This document shows positions 46,046 to 55,006 of a stretch of 62,410 nt of DNA, in pieces (position 1 is the stretch's first letter; each line of letters begins with the position of its first letter). The notes below the pieces were generated by a model. The model ran no database searches and was not told the DNA's origin. It saw nothing but the letters and a program-made list of their open reading frames with translations. This DNA is from a virus (taxonomy: Duplodnaviria; Caudoviricetes), in IMG/VR virus record IMGVR_UViG_3300013132_000053, positions 1-62,410 of that record; one strand, 5' to 3'. Made by a program: the position numbers and the translations under genes.

Positions 46046-47347
46046 ATGGAACAAATATTACAGTTAATACAAGAGTTTATAACAAACAAACCAAAAAAAA
46101 CCTGGATTCCGGGACACGATACGGTCCAGTATGCTGGTCCATTCTTTGATGCAGAAGAATATGTTGCAGCCACAGAATCCCTTTTAAATGGGTGGCTGGC
46201 GCTCGGTCAATGTGGCATTAAGTTTGAAAATACCTTTCCAAAACTCTTTAACAAGGGTTTTGGAATTCTTACAAATAGCGGTAGCAGTTCTAACTTAATA
46301 ATGATGTCAGCATTGACATCCAAGCGTATGTACAACTTCCCCAAGGGAACAAAGGTTATTACGCCAATTGCTGGTTTTCCAACAACAGTAAATCCAATAT
46401 TTCAAGTTGGATTTGAACCAGCCTTTGTCGATATTGATCTGGATACTCTAAATCTAAATCTAGATCAGGTCGAAGAAAAAGCAAAACAGGGGTGCAAAGT
46501 AATTACGTTTGCACACGTTTTAGGAAATCCACCAAACATGGATCGCCTTATGGAAATAGTAAAGCAGTATGGATTGATTTTGCTTGAAGACTGCTGTGAT
46601 GCTTTGGGATCCACTTACAAAGATGTTCCACTTGGTTCTTTTGGTGAGTTTGCAAGTTGTTCGTTCTATCCAGCGCACCACATGACAATGGGTGAAGGTG
46701 GATTTGTTGCGTGCAATACTTACGAGCAGGAAATTATTATAAGAAGTTTTAGAGAATGGGGAAGAGGTTGCTTCTGTGTTGGACAAAAAGCAAATTTATT
46801 GAAGAATGGTTGCTGTGGAAAACGTTTTTCAAATTGGTTGCCATCACTTCCAGATGAAGTTTTTGATCATAAATACGTCTACGACGAGATTGGATACAAT
46901 TTAAAACCAATTGAGCTGCAGGCTGCAATTGGTTTGGCACAAATGAAAAAACTGCCAACCATACACCAAAAGAGAAAAGAAAACCACAAACGTCTATGCA
47001 AGGTGTTTGAAAAATATGAAGATGTTTTTGTGTTGCCAACTGCAACCAAACATTCAAATCCAAGTTGGTTTGCATTTGCTGTTACAATTAAAGATGGTGC
47101 AGGATTTAAAAGAAAGGACATAGTAAACTTTCTTGAGGATCATAAAATTCAAACACGTCCATATTTTGCTGGTAATATTATGTTGCAACCAGCATATGGT
47201 GAATTTATAAATGAATCTGAGGTTATAAATAATTATCCCAATGCAAGAAAAGTTACTACGGATACGTTTTTTCTTGGAACAAGTCCAGTGATATCATTAG
47301 AACAAATTGATTATATTGAAAAAATTGTGAATAAATTTTTTAAATAA
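46046..47347 (+). CDS. rfbH: NDP-4-keto-6-deoxyglucose 3-dehydratase (E1, RfbH/DdhC)
   Basis: NSGSSSNL, FAHVLGNP, EDCCDALG, SFYPAHHMTMGEGG (His in place of the PLP Lys), GRGCFC...CCGKRF Fe-S motif, DHKYVY..IGYNLK. Confidence 0.92.
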   Translation: MEQILQLIQEFITNKPKKTWIPGHDTVQYAGPFFDAEEYVAATESLLNGWLALGQCGIKFENTFPKLFNKGFGILTNSGSSSNLIMMSALTSKRMYNFPKGTKVITPIAGFPTTVNPIFQVGFEPAFVDIDLDTLNLNLDQVEEKAKQGCKVITFAHVLGNPPNMDRLMEIVKQYGLILLEDCCDALGSTYKDVPLGSFGEFASCSFYPAHHMTMGEGGFVACNTYEQEIIIRSFREWGRGCFCVGQKANLLKNGCCGKRFSNWLPSLPDEVFDHKYVYDEIGYNLKPIELQAAIGLAQMKKLPTIHQKRKENHKRLCKVFEKYEDVFVLPTATKHSNPSWFAFAVTIKDGAGFKRKDIVNFLEDHKIQTRPYFAGNIMLQPAYGEFINESEVINNYPNARKVTTDTFFLGTSPVISLEQIDYIEKIVNKFFK

Positions 47348-47352
47348 AGAAA

Positions 47353-48048
47353 ATGAAAAAAGTATTAATAATAAGTGGGACAACGGATATCTTAACAAAT
47401 TATCTCCCAAATGAAGAGTTGTTTAAAACTGTTGCAGACACTACAATCAAATCCAAACTAGACTATGCAAATCAAAATGGTTATGATTTTTTATATTTGA
47501 ATAACTTTGGTGTGGACATAAAAAATAGATATGGCCCAACAGAAATTGGTTATTTGCGTATGCTTAAAGTTTTTGATGCTATAGAAAATTATGATTATGT
47601 AGCTTGGATAGATGCTGATGCACTGATAACAAATAAAAATTTACGTATAGAAAATTTTCCAATAGATGATTCTGTTTTTTATTGTTCCTATGATTGGACT
47701 GGTTATTATAGTTTAAACACTGGAAATTTTATCTTAAAAAATACTGAAAGAACCAAAATTTTTATTGATCAGTTTTACAATGTATCCAAAAACTACAACA
47801 TGCCAGAAGAACAAGATACAATCAACGCACTTTTTTCAATACCAGAAACAAAAAATAACATAAAGGTATTGGAACACGGTTTTTTGAATGCTGTTCCATC
47901 TGTAGATATAGTGGATAAAAAAATATGGGGAAACAAACCAGTTCCACCCAGTCCTTGGAAATCTGGTAATTTTTTAGTTCATGCCACCGGACTACCAAAT
48001 AGTGAAAGGGTTCGAATATTTAAAGAACACTTTAAAGATTATCTATGA
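47353..48048 (+). CDS. GT34-like glycosyltransferase
   Basis: WIDADALITN, LNTGNFIL, EQD, FLVH. Confidence 0.7.
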   Translation: MKKVLIISGTTDILTNYLPNEELFKTVADTTIKSKLDYANQNGYDFLYLNNFGVDIKNRYGPTEIGYLRMLKVFDAIENYDYVAWIDADALITNKNLRIENFPIDDSVFYCSYDWTGYYSLNTGNFILKNTERTKIFIDQFYNVSKNYNMPEEQDTINALFSIPETKNNIKVLEHGFLNAVPSVDIVDKKIWGNKPVPPSPWKSGNFLVHATGLPNSERVRIFKEHFKDYL

Positions 48049-48722
48049 GCAATTTGCAATTAAAAAACATAACTCTTCTTTCTTACAATTGCGTAAATCC
48101 AATTGAAAGTGTAAAGGCACTTCTATACAGTTCAAAAAAAATTGACTTTGCTAGAATAGTTTTGGTTTCAAGTAAAAAACCAGATAATCTACCAAGTCAC
48201 ATAGAGTTTGTTGAAACAAATTTAAAAACACATTTAGATAGTTCTAAATTTACTTACACTGAACTTCCATCTATAATAAAAACGGATTACTATATTGGAA
48301 TTCACGATGATGGGTTTATAATAAATCCACATCTCTGGACAGATGAATTTTTAGAGTATGATTACATTGGGGCCCCATGGAAATGGGAAGGAAGAAGAAA
48401 TCGTGTTGGAAACGGCGGATTTGTATTAAAAAGTAACAAGTTTATACAACTAACAAAAAATTTAAAGTTTTTGAATATATGTGATGATGGTGAATTGACT
48501 AACATGTATTATGATTACTTTGTTGAAAACGGTTGCAAGTATGCTCCAGTAGAAGTGGCTATGAAATTTTCATTAGAATCAAAAATTCCAGAATGTAATT
48601 TGGATCTCAGCACTTGTTTTGGTTTTCATGGAAAAGGTAGACCAGAAGATACTCAGGTACATGATGGATATTACCATCAATTTCAAGAAAAAATAAAACT
48701 ATTGGAAGAAATAGAATTATGA
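48045..48722 (+). CDS. DUF5672 family putative glycosyltransferase
   Basis: HDDGFIINP.LWTDEFLEYDYIGAPW...VGNGGF...A.KFS.E...FGFHG. Confidence 0.8.
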   Translation: MSNLQLKNITLLSYNCVNPIESVKALLYSSKKIDFARIVLVSSKKPDNLPSHIEFVETNLKTHLDSSKFTYTELPSIIKTDYYIGIHDDGFIINPHLWTDEFLEYDYIGAPWKWEGRRNRVGNGGFVLKSNKFIQLTKNLKFLNICDDGELTNMYYDYFVENGCKYAPVEVAMKFSLESKIPECNLDLSTCFGFHGKGRPEDTQVHDGYYHQFQEKIKLLEEIEL

Positions 48723-49528
48723 AAAAATATGTTATAATTAAACCGGATGAATATTGTGGAATGTTTGGATGTTTGTGGCAAGTAATACGCGGAATTTATC
48801 ATAATCCAGATAATCTTTATTACATAAATTTTTATGACAGTATTTACAATACAAAAAATGAAAATGTGTTTGATTACTTTTTTTATCAACCACATACAGA
48901 AATTTTTCCAGATTCTTCAAAAATTGAAAAAATTGTTGGCCACAATTCTTTGCCAGATAATAAAGAGGATAGTCAATTTATTTGGTCATTAATTCAACCA
49001 AACACAAAAGAAGAAATACAAAGAAGAAGAATTATTTTTAATTCAATTATAAACAAATATTTAAAATTAAAACCAACAGTACAAGAAAAAATAGATCTTT
49101 TTACTTTAAAAAATTTTCTTGGTAAAAAAATTTTGGGTGTTCATTTAAGAGGAACTGATCATCCATACAAACAACCAATAAATGTATATATTGATGAAAT
49201 TAAAAAAATAGAATCATTGTATGATAAAATTTTTGTAACGTCTGATGAACAACCAAGGTTTGATGCTGTAAAAAATGTATTTGGAGAAAAGGTTATAAGT
49301 TATGATGCATTAAGAAGTTCAATAGAACATACTCCATTGCATATGAATTTATATGAAACTAGATGGCATAGAAATCCATCACATGAATATCAATATAAAA
49401 TTGCAGAAGATGTTATAATAGAAGCATATTTAATGGCTAAAACAGATTTTCTTTGTTGTTTTTCTGGATCAAATGTAAATACATATGCTAGAGCACTAAA
49501 CCCAAATCTAGAATCTATGGAATTATAA
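48719..49528 (+). CDS. NodZ/GT23-like fucosyltransferase
   Basis: CGMFG, LGVHLRGTD, FVTSDE, SNV. Confidence 0.7.
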   Translation: MKKYVIIKPDEYCGMFGCLWQVIRGIYHNPDNLYYINFYDSIYNTKNENVFDYFFYQPHTEIFPDSSKIEKIVGHNSLPDNKEDSQFIWSLIQPNTKEEIQRRRIIFNSIINKYLKLKPTVQEKIDLFTLKNFLGKKILGVHLRGTDHPYKQPINVYIDEIKKIESLYDKIFVTSDEQPRFDAVKNVFGEKVISYDALRSSIEHTPLHMNLYETRWHRNPSHEYQYKIAEDVIIEAYLMAKTDFLCCFSGSNVNTYARALNPNLESMEL

Positions 49529-49529
49529 T

Positions 49530-50480
49530 ATGAAAGTTGTATACGTAACAGGATGTCTTGGATTTATTGGTTCATATATCACCAAAATGTGTCTTGAGAA
49601 GGGATGGCATGTCAAGGGTGTTGACAGCATGACTTATGCAGCAAACGATGAACTGCTTGACGAGTTTAAGCAATATAAGAATTTCTCGTTTGTTCATTGC
49701 GACATCAATGATCTTCAATTTTTATACGACTGCGACTACATTATTAATACAGCAGCAGAAACTCATGTAGGAAACTCAATCGCCAACAGCAATGAGTTTG
49801 TTCGTACCAACATCAATGGCGCACATAACTTGTTGGAGTTGATCAAGAACTACCGACAAGAGAACACAAAGGTTCCTACACTACTTCACTTCAGCACAGA
49901 CGAGGTGTATGGTGATATCGTTGAAGGATTCCATACCGAAAAGGATCTCCTCAAACCATCCAACCCATATGCTGCAACAAAAGCTGCTGCCGATATGTTG
50001 ATATTGGCTTGGCACAGAACCTACGGCATACCCTACATCATCGTTCGCCCAACCAACAACTATGGCATAGGTCAGTATGTAGAGAAGTTGATTCCAAAGG
50101 TCTGCAAGTATCTGCACTTGGGTAGAAAGATCCCGTTGCACAACAAGGGAACACCGATCAGAAATTGGCTACACGCAGAAGACACAGCGAACGCAATCAT
50201 CAAAATCATCGACAGCGGTGTGCAGAACGAGGTCTACAACATCTGTGGTGGGTTTGAGCAGAACAACATCGACACCGTAAAGAAGATTCTCTCCGCTAAA
50301 AATTTGGATGAGAATAGTTTGGAAAAGTATGTTGATTTCTCTTGCAACAGACCAGGACAGGATGTAAGATACGCTCTCAATGACGACAAACTGCGGTCTC
50401 TCGGTTGGTCTCCCGTTAAGCAGTTTGATGGAGAACTCACAAAGATTGTAGATTACTACAAAGACAGGTTCATATGGTAA
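49530..50480 (+). CDS. rmlB: dTDP-glucose 4,6-dehydratase-like
   Basis: TGCLGFIGS, AAETHV, STDEVYG, PSNPYAATK, NNYG..Q..EKLIP, RPGQDVRY. Confidence 0.85.
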   Translation: MKVVYVTGCLGFIGSYITKMCLEKGWHVKGVDSMTYAANDELLDEFKQYKNFSFVHCDINDLQFLYDCDYIINTAAETHVGNSIANSNEFVRTNINGAHNLLELIKNYRQENTKVPTLLHFSTDEVYGDIVEGFHTEKDLLKPSNPYAATKAAADMLILAWHRTYGIPYIIVRPTNNYGIGQYVEKLIPKVCKYLHLGRKIPLHNKGTPIRNWLHAEDTANAIIKIIDSGVQNEVYNICGGFEQNNIDTVKKILSAKNLDENSLEKYVDFSCNRPGQDVRYALNDDKLRSLGWSPVKQFDGELTKIVDYYKDRFIW

Positions 50481-52243
50481 AGGTTGCTGACTACATCGCG
50501 CAGTTCCTTGAGACAAAAGGCATTCGCCATGTCTTTATGGTTGCTGGCGGTGGAGCAATGTTTTTAAATGATGGAATGGCAAAGAGCAAGTCCATAAAAG
50601 GTGTGTTCAATCACCACGAACAGGCTTGTGCTATGGCTGCTGTTGGGTATTCTAAGTTCAATAACGAGATAGCGGTTGTCATGCCGACAACTGGCTGCGG
50701 TGGCACCAATACCATAACAGGATTGTTGGATGCATGGCAAGACAGCAACAAGGTTGTTTTCATTTCTGGAAATGTAAACAGGAGGGAGACAACTCACGGA
50801 TTTCGCGTACCCTTGAGAAAGTTTGGAGTTCAAGAGGCTAACATTGTAGATATTGTTAAGCCAATTACCAAGTATGCCGTGATGGTTACAGACCCAAACA
50901 CAATTGCCTATCACCTTGAAAAAGCATTTCATATTTGCGAATCGGGTAGACCTGGACCGGTTTGGATAGATATTCCTATGGATGTACAGGGAAGTTTTAT
51001 CAATGAGGAAGACCTTGTTCACTTTTTGGAAGAGGAAATCCAAGAGGCTGTTGACTTTTCCATGTTTGAACAGTATCTAAAGGAATCAAAGCGTCCTATT
51101 GTTATTGCAGGGTATGGTATCCATCTATCGGGAGCAAAAAAGGAGTTTGTTCGTTTCATTGAGAAGCACAGCTTGCCTGTTGCTTTCACCTATCTTGCAA
51201 TAGATTTTCTGCCATCTGATCATCCTTTGTATGTCGGAAGACTTGGAACCAAAGGAGATCGTGCAGGAAACTTTGCTGTCCAAAACAGCGATCTAGTCAT
51301 TTCTATAGGAAGCAGTTTGAGTGTATCTGTTACAGGATTCCGCTACGATACCTTTGCAAGAGAGGCAAAGGTCCTTGTTGTGGATATTGACAAGCACGAA
51401 CACAAGAAGAATACAGTTAAGGTCGATGCAGAAATCAATACCGATGTGAAGGAGTTCCTGCGTCAGGTCGATAGTGTAAACTACAGAGCAGATCAATGGT
51501 GGGTAGATAAGTGTATATCTTGGAGAGAGAAGTGGCCTGTATTTCTTGAAGAATACAAAGACACTACCAATGGCATCAATATCTACTACTTCATGCAGAA
51601 ACTCTCAGAAAAAAACAAAGCAGATGCAGCTGTTGTCAGCGATGCAGGATCTGCATACTACGCAACCTCGCAAGCGTTGAAGATAACCAATCAACAGCGA
51701 TACATAACTTCGGGCGCACAGGCAGACATGGGGTTCTCTATACCTGCTGCAATCGGTACAGCATTAGCGTCAGGCAGAAAGAACATTGTTGCGATAACGG
51801 GAGATGGCTCGTTTCAAATGAACATTCAGGAACTGCAAACTGTGGTTGGTTCGAAACTACCAATCAAAATCTTTGTGCTGAACAATGGTGGATATCTCTC
51901 TATTCGCAACACGATGGACAAGTTTTTTGAAAGTCGCTACTATGGAACAGATACAGCATCGGGGCTTTCGTTTCCAGAAATTCAAAAAATTGCATACGCA
52001 TATGGCATCCCCTATTATAAGTTAAGGTCAACGGAAGATCTTGATCACAAACTGACAGAAGTACTGAATACTGATGGATGCGCTCTCGTTGAAGTAATGT
52101 GTCCGTTCAAGCAAGACATGGCACCGTCATCCTCTGCAAAAATAGGAACCGATGGTAAACTGGTATCTCAACCGCTAGAAAATATGTTCCCCTTCCTTGA
52201 TGACAAGGAATTTAAGAAAGAAATGATAGTAAACCCCCTATAA
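50474..52243 (+). CDS. ThDP-dependent carboligase, acetolactate-synthase-like (YerE-type)
   Basis: GGGAMFLND, HHEQACAMAA, GRPGPVWIDIPMDVQ, GDGSFQMNIQEL...NNGGY; sugar-cluster context. Confidence 0.85.
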   Translation: MVKVADYIAQFLETKGIRHVFMVAGGGAMFLNDGMAKSKSIKGVFNHHEQACAMAAVGYSKFNNEIAVVMPTTGCGGTNTITGLLDAWQDSNKVVFISGNVNRRETTHGFRVPLRKFGVQEANIVDIVKPITKYAVMVTDPNTIAYHLEKAFHICESGRPGPVWIDIPMDVQGSFINEEDLVHFLEEEIQEAVDFSMFEQYLKESKRPIVIAGYGIHLSGAKKEFVRFIEKHSLPVAFTYLAIDFLPSDHPLYVGRLGTKGDRAGNFAVQNSDLVISIGSSLSVSVTGFRYDTFAREAKVLVVDIDKHEHKKNTVKVDAEINTDVKEFLRQVDSVNYRADQWWVDKCISWREKWPVFLEEYKDTTNGINIYYFMQKLSEKNKADAAVVSDAGSAYYATSQALKITNQQRYITSGAQADMGFSIPAAIGTALASGRKNIVAITGDGSFQMNIQELQTVVGSKLPIKIFVLNNGGYLSIRNTMDKFFESRYYGTDTASGLSFPEIQKIAYAYGIPYYKLRSTEDLDHKLTEVLNTDGCALVEVMCPFKQDMAPSSSAKIGTDGKLVSQPLENMFPFLDDKEFKKEMIVNPL

Positions 52244-52254
52244 GGAGATTAGTT

Positions 52255-53193
52255 ATGGCAGCAGACAGCAAGACAAAGAAGACAATTCTGACTTTAACCA
52301 CCAACAAGGCAAAGGGAGTAAAGACAGTACTAGTTACTGCCTATGATTATCCACAAGCAATTCTCGCAGATCGCGCAGGAGTAGATTGCATCCTGATCGG
52401 AGACTCCCTAGGAATGACTACGCTTGGTTACAAGACAACCATTCCTGTGACTATGGATGACATGATTCGCAGTTGCGAGGCAGTAAGTAAGGGCAACCAG
52501 AATGCATTCCTCATTGGAGATATGCCCTATATGTCCTATCAGCCCTCAAACCAAGTAGCCGTAGAAAACGCAGGACGATTTATCGTTGCTGGTTGTGACA
52601 TGGTTAAGGTAGAGGGAGCGATGATTGATCGCGTCAAGGCAATTGTTGATTCGGGCATCATGGTAATGAGCCATTTGGGTCTGACCCCGCACACGCGGGC
52701 GAAGTTGGGAGGTTACAAGGTTCAAGGCAAGACTGCCGATCAAGCAGAAGTCATTCTCAAGCAGGCACTCAAACTGCAAGAGGCTGGATGCTCTGCGCTA
52801 CTTCTAGAGGCAATGCCAAAGGAACCGGCGGGACTCATTGCCCGAGAACTGAAGATTCCTGTGTACGGCATTGGTGGCGGAAACGAAGTCGATGGTCAGT
52901 TGGTCATCTTCCACGATCTGACGGGGTTGTTCTGGGAATTCAAGTCCAAGTTTGTCAAGCGATACTGCGAGGCAGGAAAGATCATTCAAGATGCTCTGAC
53001 ACAGTACACAGAAGAAGTCAGATCTGGCGCGTTTCCTGGTCCCGAGAACTTTTATGAAATCAAGGAAGAGGAACTTGAGAAGTTGCTTGGAGATGACAAG
53101 TGGAAGTATGAACAGGATAGGGTGGAGAACAACGCAACTCCCAATCATTGCGTAACACCAATCACCGCCAATCCAACAGAGATCAAACGATAA
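52255..53193 (+). CDS. panB: Ketopantoate hydroxymethyltransferase (PanB)-like enzyme
   Basis: TAYD, GDSLGM, GDMPYMSY, VKVEG, HLGLTP, GGYKVQG, GIGGG..DGQ. Confidence 0.88.
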   Translation: MAADSKTKKTILTLTTNKAKGVKTVLVTAYDYPQAILADRAGVDCILIGDSLGMTTLGYKTTIPVTMDDMIRSCEAVSKGNQNAFLIGDMPYMSYQPSNQVAVENAGRFIVAGCDMVKVEGAMIDRVKAIVDSGIMVMSHLGLTPHTRAKLGGYKVQGKTADQAEVILKQALKLQEAGCSALLLEAMPKEPAGLIARELKIPVYGIGGGNEVDGQLVIFHDLTGLFWEFKSKFVKRYCEAGKIIQDALTQYTEEVRSGAFPGPENFYEIKEEELEKLLGDDKWKYEQDRVENNATPNHCVTPITANPTEIKR

Positions 53194-53211
53194 TAGGATA
53201 GAGGTGGCTAA

Positions 53212-53979
53212 ATGAGAGTACTCATTACAGGAGGTAATGGCTATATTGCAAGAAGTCTCTACTCTGCATTAGCAGATAAGCACTGCACCACAAAGGTGAC
53301 AAGAGCGGATTTTAATTTGTCCGATTCAAAGCAAACCAATGCATGGTTTCAAGACAAATCATTTGATGCTGTCATCCATACTGCGATTGTTGGTGGTAGC
53401 CGATTAAATCAGGACGATTCTTCCATAGTTGATTCAAACTTAAGGATGTACTACAATCTCGTAGCAAATAAAGACAGGTTTCATCGTCTCATATCTTTTG
53501 GATCGGGAGCTGAGAAGTTTGCTGCTGAAACTCCATATGGTATGAGTAAAAAAATTATAGCAGATTCAATTAGAACCACGGATAACTTCTACAATCTTCG
53601 CATATTTGCAGTTTTTAGTGAAAACGAATTGGATACAAGGTTTATAAAATCAAATATTATTCGCTATAAAAGAAAAAAAGCCATTGAGGTCCATTGCAAT
53701 AAAATAATGGATTTTTTTTACATGGAAGATTTGATTACTCTTGTTGATTATTACTTATCAGAAAAAAATCCCCCAAAAGAAATAAATTGTAACTACGAAG
53801 AAAAAAAAAGTTTGGTTGAAATTTCAAATATTATTAATAACAGTGAAAAACACAAAGTAAACATAAATTTGAAAGATCCCAATATTTTAGAATTTTATTG
53901 TGGACCTAACACTAAATTGCCATTAAAATACATTGGTCTTGAAAAGGGAATTGAAAAAACATTTAACTTGATTAATTGA
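53212..53979 (+). CDS. NAD(P)-dependent sugar epimerase/reductase (extended SDR)
   Basis: ITGGNGYIA, FGSGAE, YGMSK. Confidence 0.8.
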   Translation: MRVLITGGNGYIARSLYSALADKHCTTKVTRADFNLSDSKQTNAWFQDKSFDAVIHTAIVGGSRLNQDDSSIVDSNLRMYYNLVANKDRFHRLISFGSGAEKFAAETPYGMSKKIIADSIRTTDNFYNLRIFAVFSENELDTRFIKSNIIRYKRKKAIEVHCNKIMDFFYMEDLITLVDYYLSEKNPPKEINCNYEEKKSLVEISNIINNSEKHKVNINLKDPNILEFYCGPNTKLPLKYIGLEKGIEKTFNLIN

Positions 53980-53993
53980 TAAGGATATTTATC

Positions 53994-54998
53994 ATGAAAA
54001 AAACAGCTTTAATTATTGGCGCAAATGGTCAAGACGCTTCATATCTTGCAGAGTTTTTGTTAGATAAAAATTACGAGGTTCACGGTACAATTCGTAGAAA
54101 CTCCGTACCAGAATCACAAACAACTAGAATTCAACACCTTCACGATAAAAATTTAATTAATTTACACTATGCAGATTTAACAGATCCAATTAGCATTGAA
54201 TCTGTAATTCAAAGATTGCAACCAAATGAAATTTATCATTTGGCAGCACAATCTCACGTGCAGATTTCGTTTGAACTTCCGCAATACACTCTAAATGTAA
54301 ATGGTGGGGGTACTCTCGCTGTATTGGAAGCCGTCAGACGTTTTTCACCACATTCCAAGGTCTATCACGCAGCCACATCCGAAATGTTTGGAAACTCATC
54401 TGACGAGGATGGATTCCAGCGCGAAACAACGACAATGATTCCTGTCAGCCCATATGGCTGCGCTAAGCTTTATGCGCACACACTGTGCAGAAATTATGCA
54501 GAATCATATGGCATGTTTGTTTGTTCAGGAATATTGTTTAACCATGAATCGCCTCGCCGGGGCATTAACTTTGTAACAAACAAGGTTGCGTTGCAGGCAG
54601 CAAAGATTAAATTGGGCTTTGCCGACAAGCTAGTTTTGGGAAACCTTCATGCAAAGCGTGACTGGGGCCATGCTAAGGACTATATTGAAGGCATGTGGCT
54701 AATGCTACAGCAACCCAAGCCAGACAGTTTTGTTTTGGCCACCGGGGAAACCAGATCCGTAAAGGAAATGGTGGACCACGTATTTAATAGATTGGATTTA
54801 AACGTTGATACCTATCTGCAGACGGCTGAAAAGTATTACAGACCGGAAGAACTCCACTATCTTCGTGGAGATGCTACCAAAGCAAAGACTGTTCTCGGAT
54901 GGAAGCCAAAAATTACATTTAGTGAGATGATGGATGAGATGGTTGACTATTGGGTTGAAAAACTTAAAAAAACAAATGTTGATTTAGTTGACGTTTAA
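53994..54998 (+). CDS. gmd: GDP-mannose 4,6-dehydratase
   Basis: GQDASYLAE, LAAQSHV..SF, TSEMFG, SPYGCAK, GILFNHESPRRG, RDWGHAKDY. Confidence 0.95.
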   Translation: MKKTALIIGANGQDASYLAEFLLDKNYEVHGTIRRNSVPESQTTRIQHLHDKNLINLHYADLTDPISIESVIQRLQPNEIYHLAAQSHVQISFELPQYTLNVNGGGTLAVLEAVRRFSPHSKVYHAATSEMFGNSSDEDGFQRETTTMIPVSPYGCAKLYAHTLCRNYAESYGMFVCSGILFNHESPRRGINFVTNKVALQAAKIKLGFADKLVLGNLHAKRDWGHAKDYIEGMWLMLQQPKPDSFVLATGETRSVKEMVDHVFNRLDLNVDTYLQTAEKYYRPEELHYLRGDATKAKTVLGWKPKITFSEMMDEMVDYWVEKLKKTNVDLVDV

Positions 54999-55006
54999 TG
55001 TATAAT
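54979..55006 (+). promoter_or_regulatory. sigma70-type promoter TTGATT-N16-TATAAT (gene 55); in-frame GTG 6 nt after the -10
   Basis: Located inside the 3' end of gmd. Confidence 0.65.

Noticed and set aside
50474-53193. Acetolactate synthase + PanB as a pantothenate/CoA auxiliary pathway
   Set aside because: Disfavoured, not excluded: no ilvC, ilvD, regulatory subunit, panE or panC in the window, and both genes sit between nucleotide-sugar enzymes
41494-54998. Island as a T4-style DNA hypermodification system (hydroxymethyl-dC plus glycosylation)
   Set aside because: dCMP hydroxymethylases have a thymidylate-synthase fold, not a PanB fold; none is in the window, and the GT families are oligosaccharide-type
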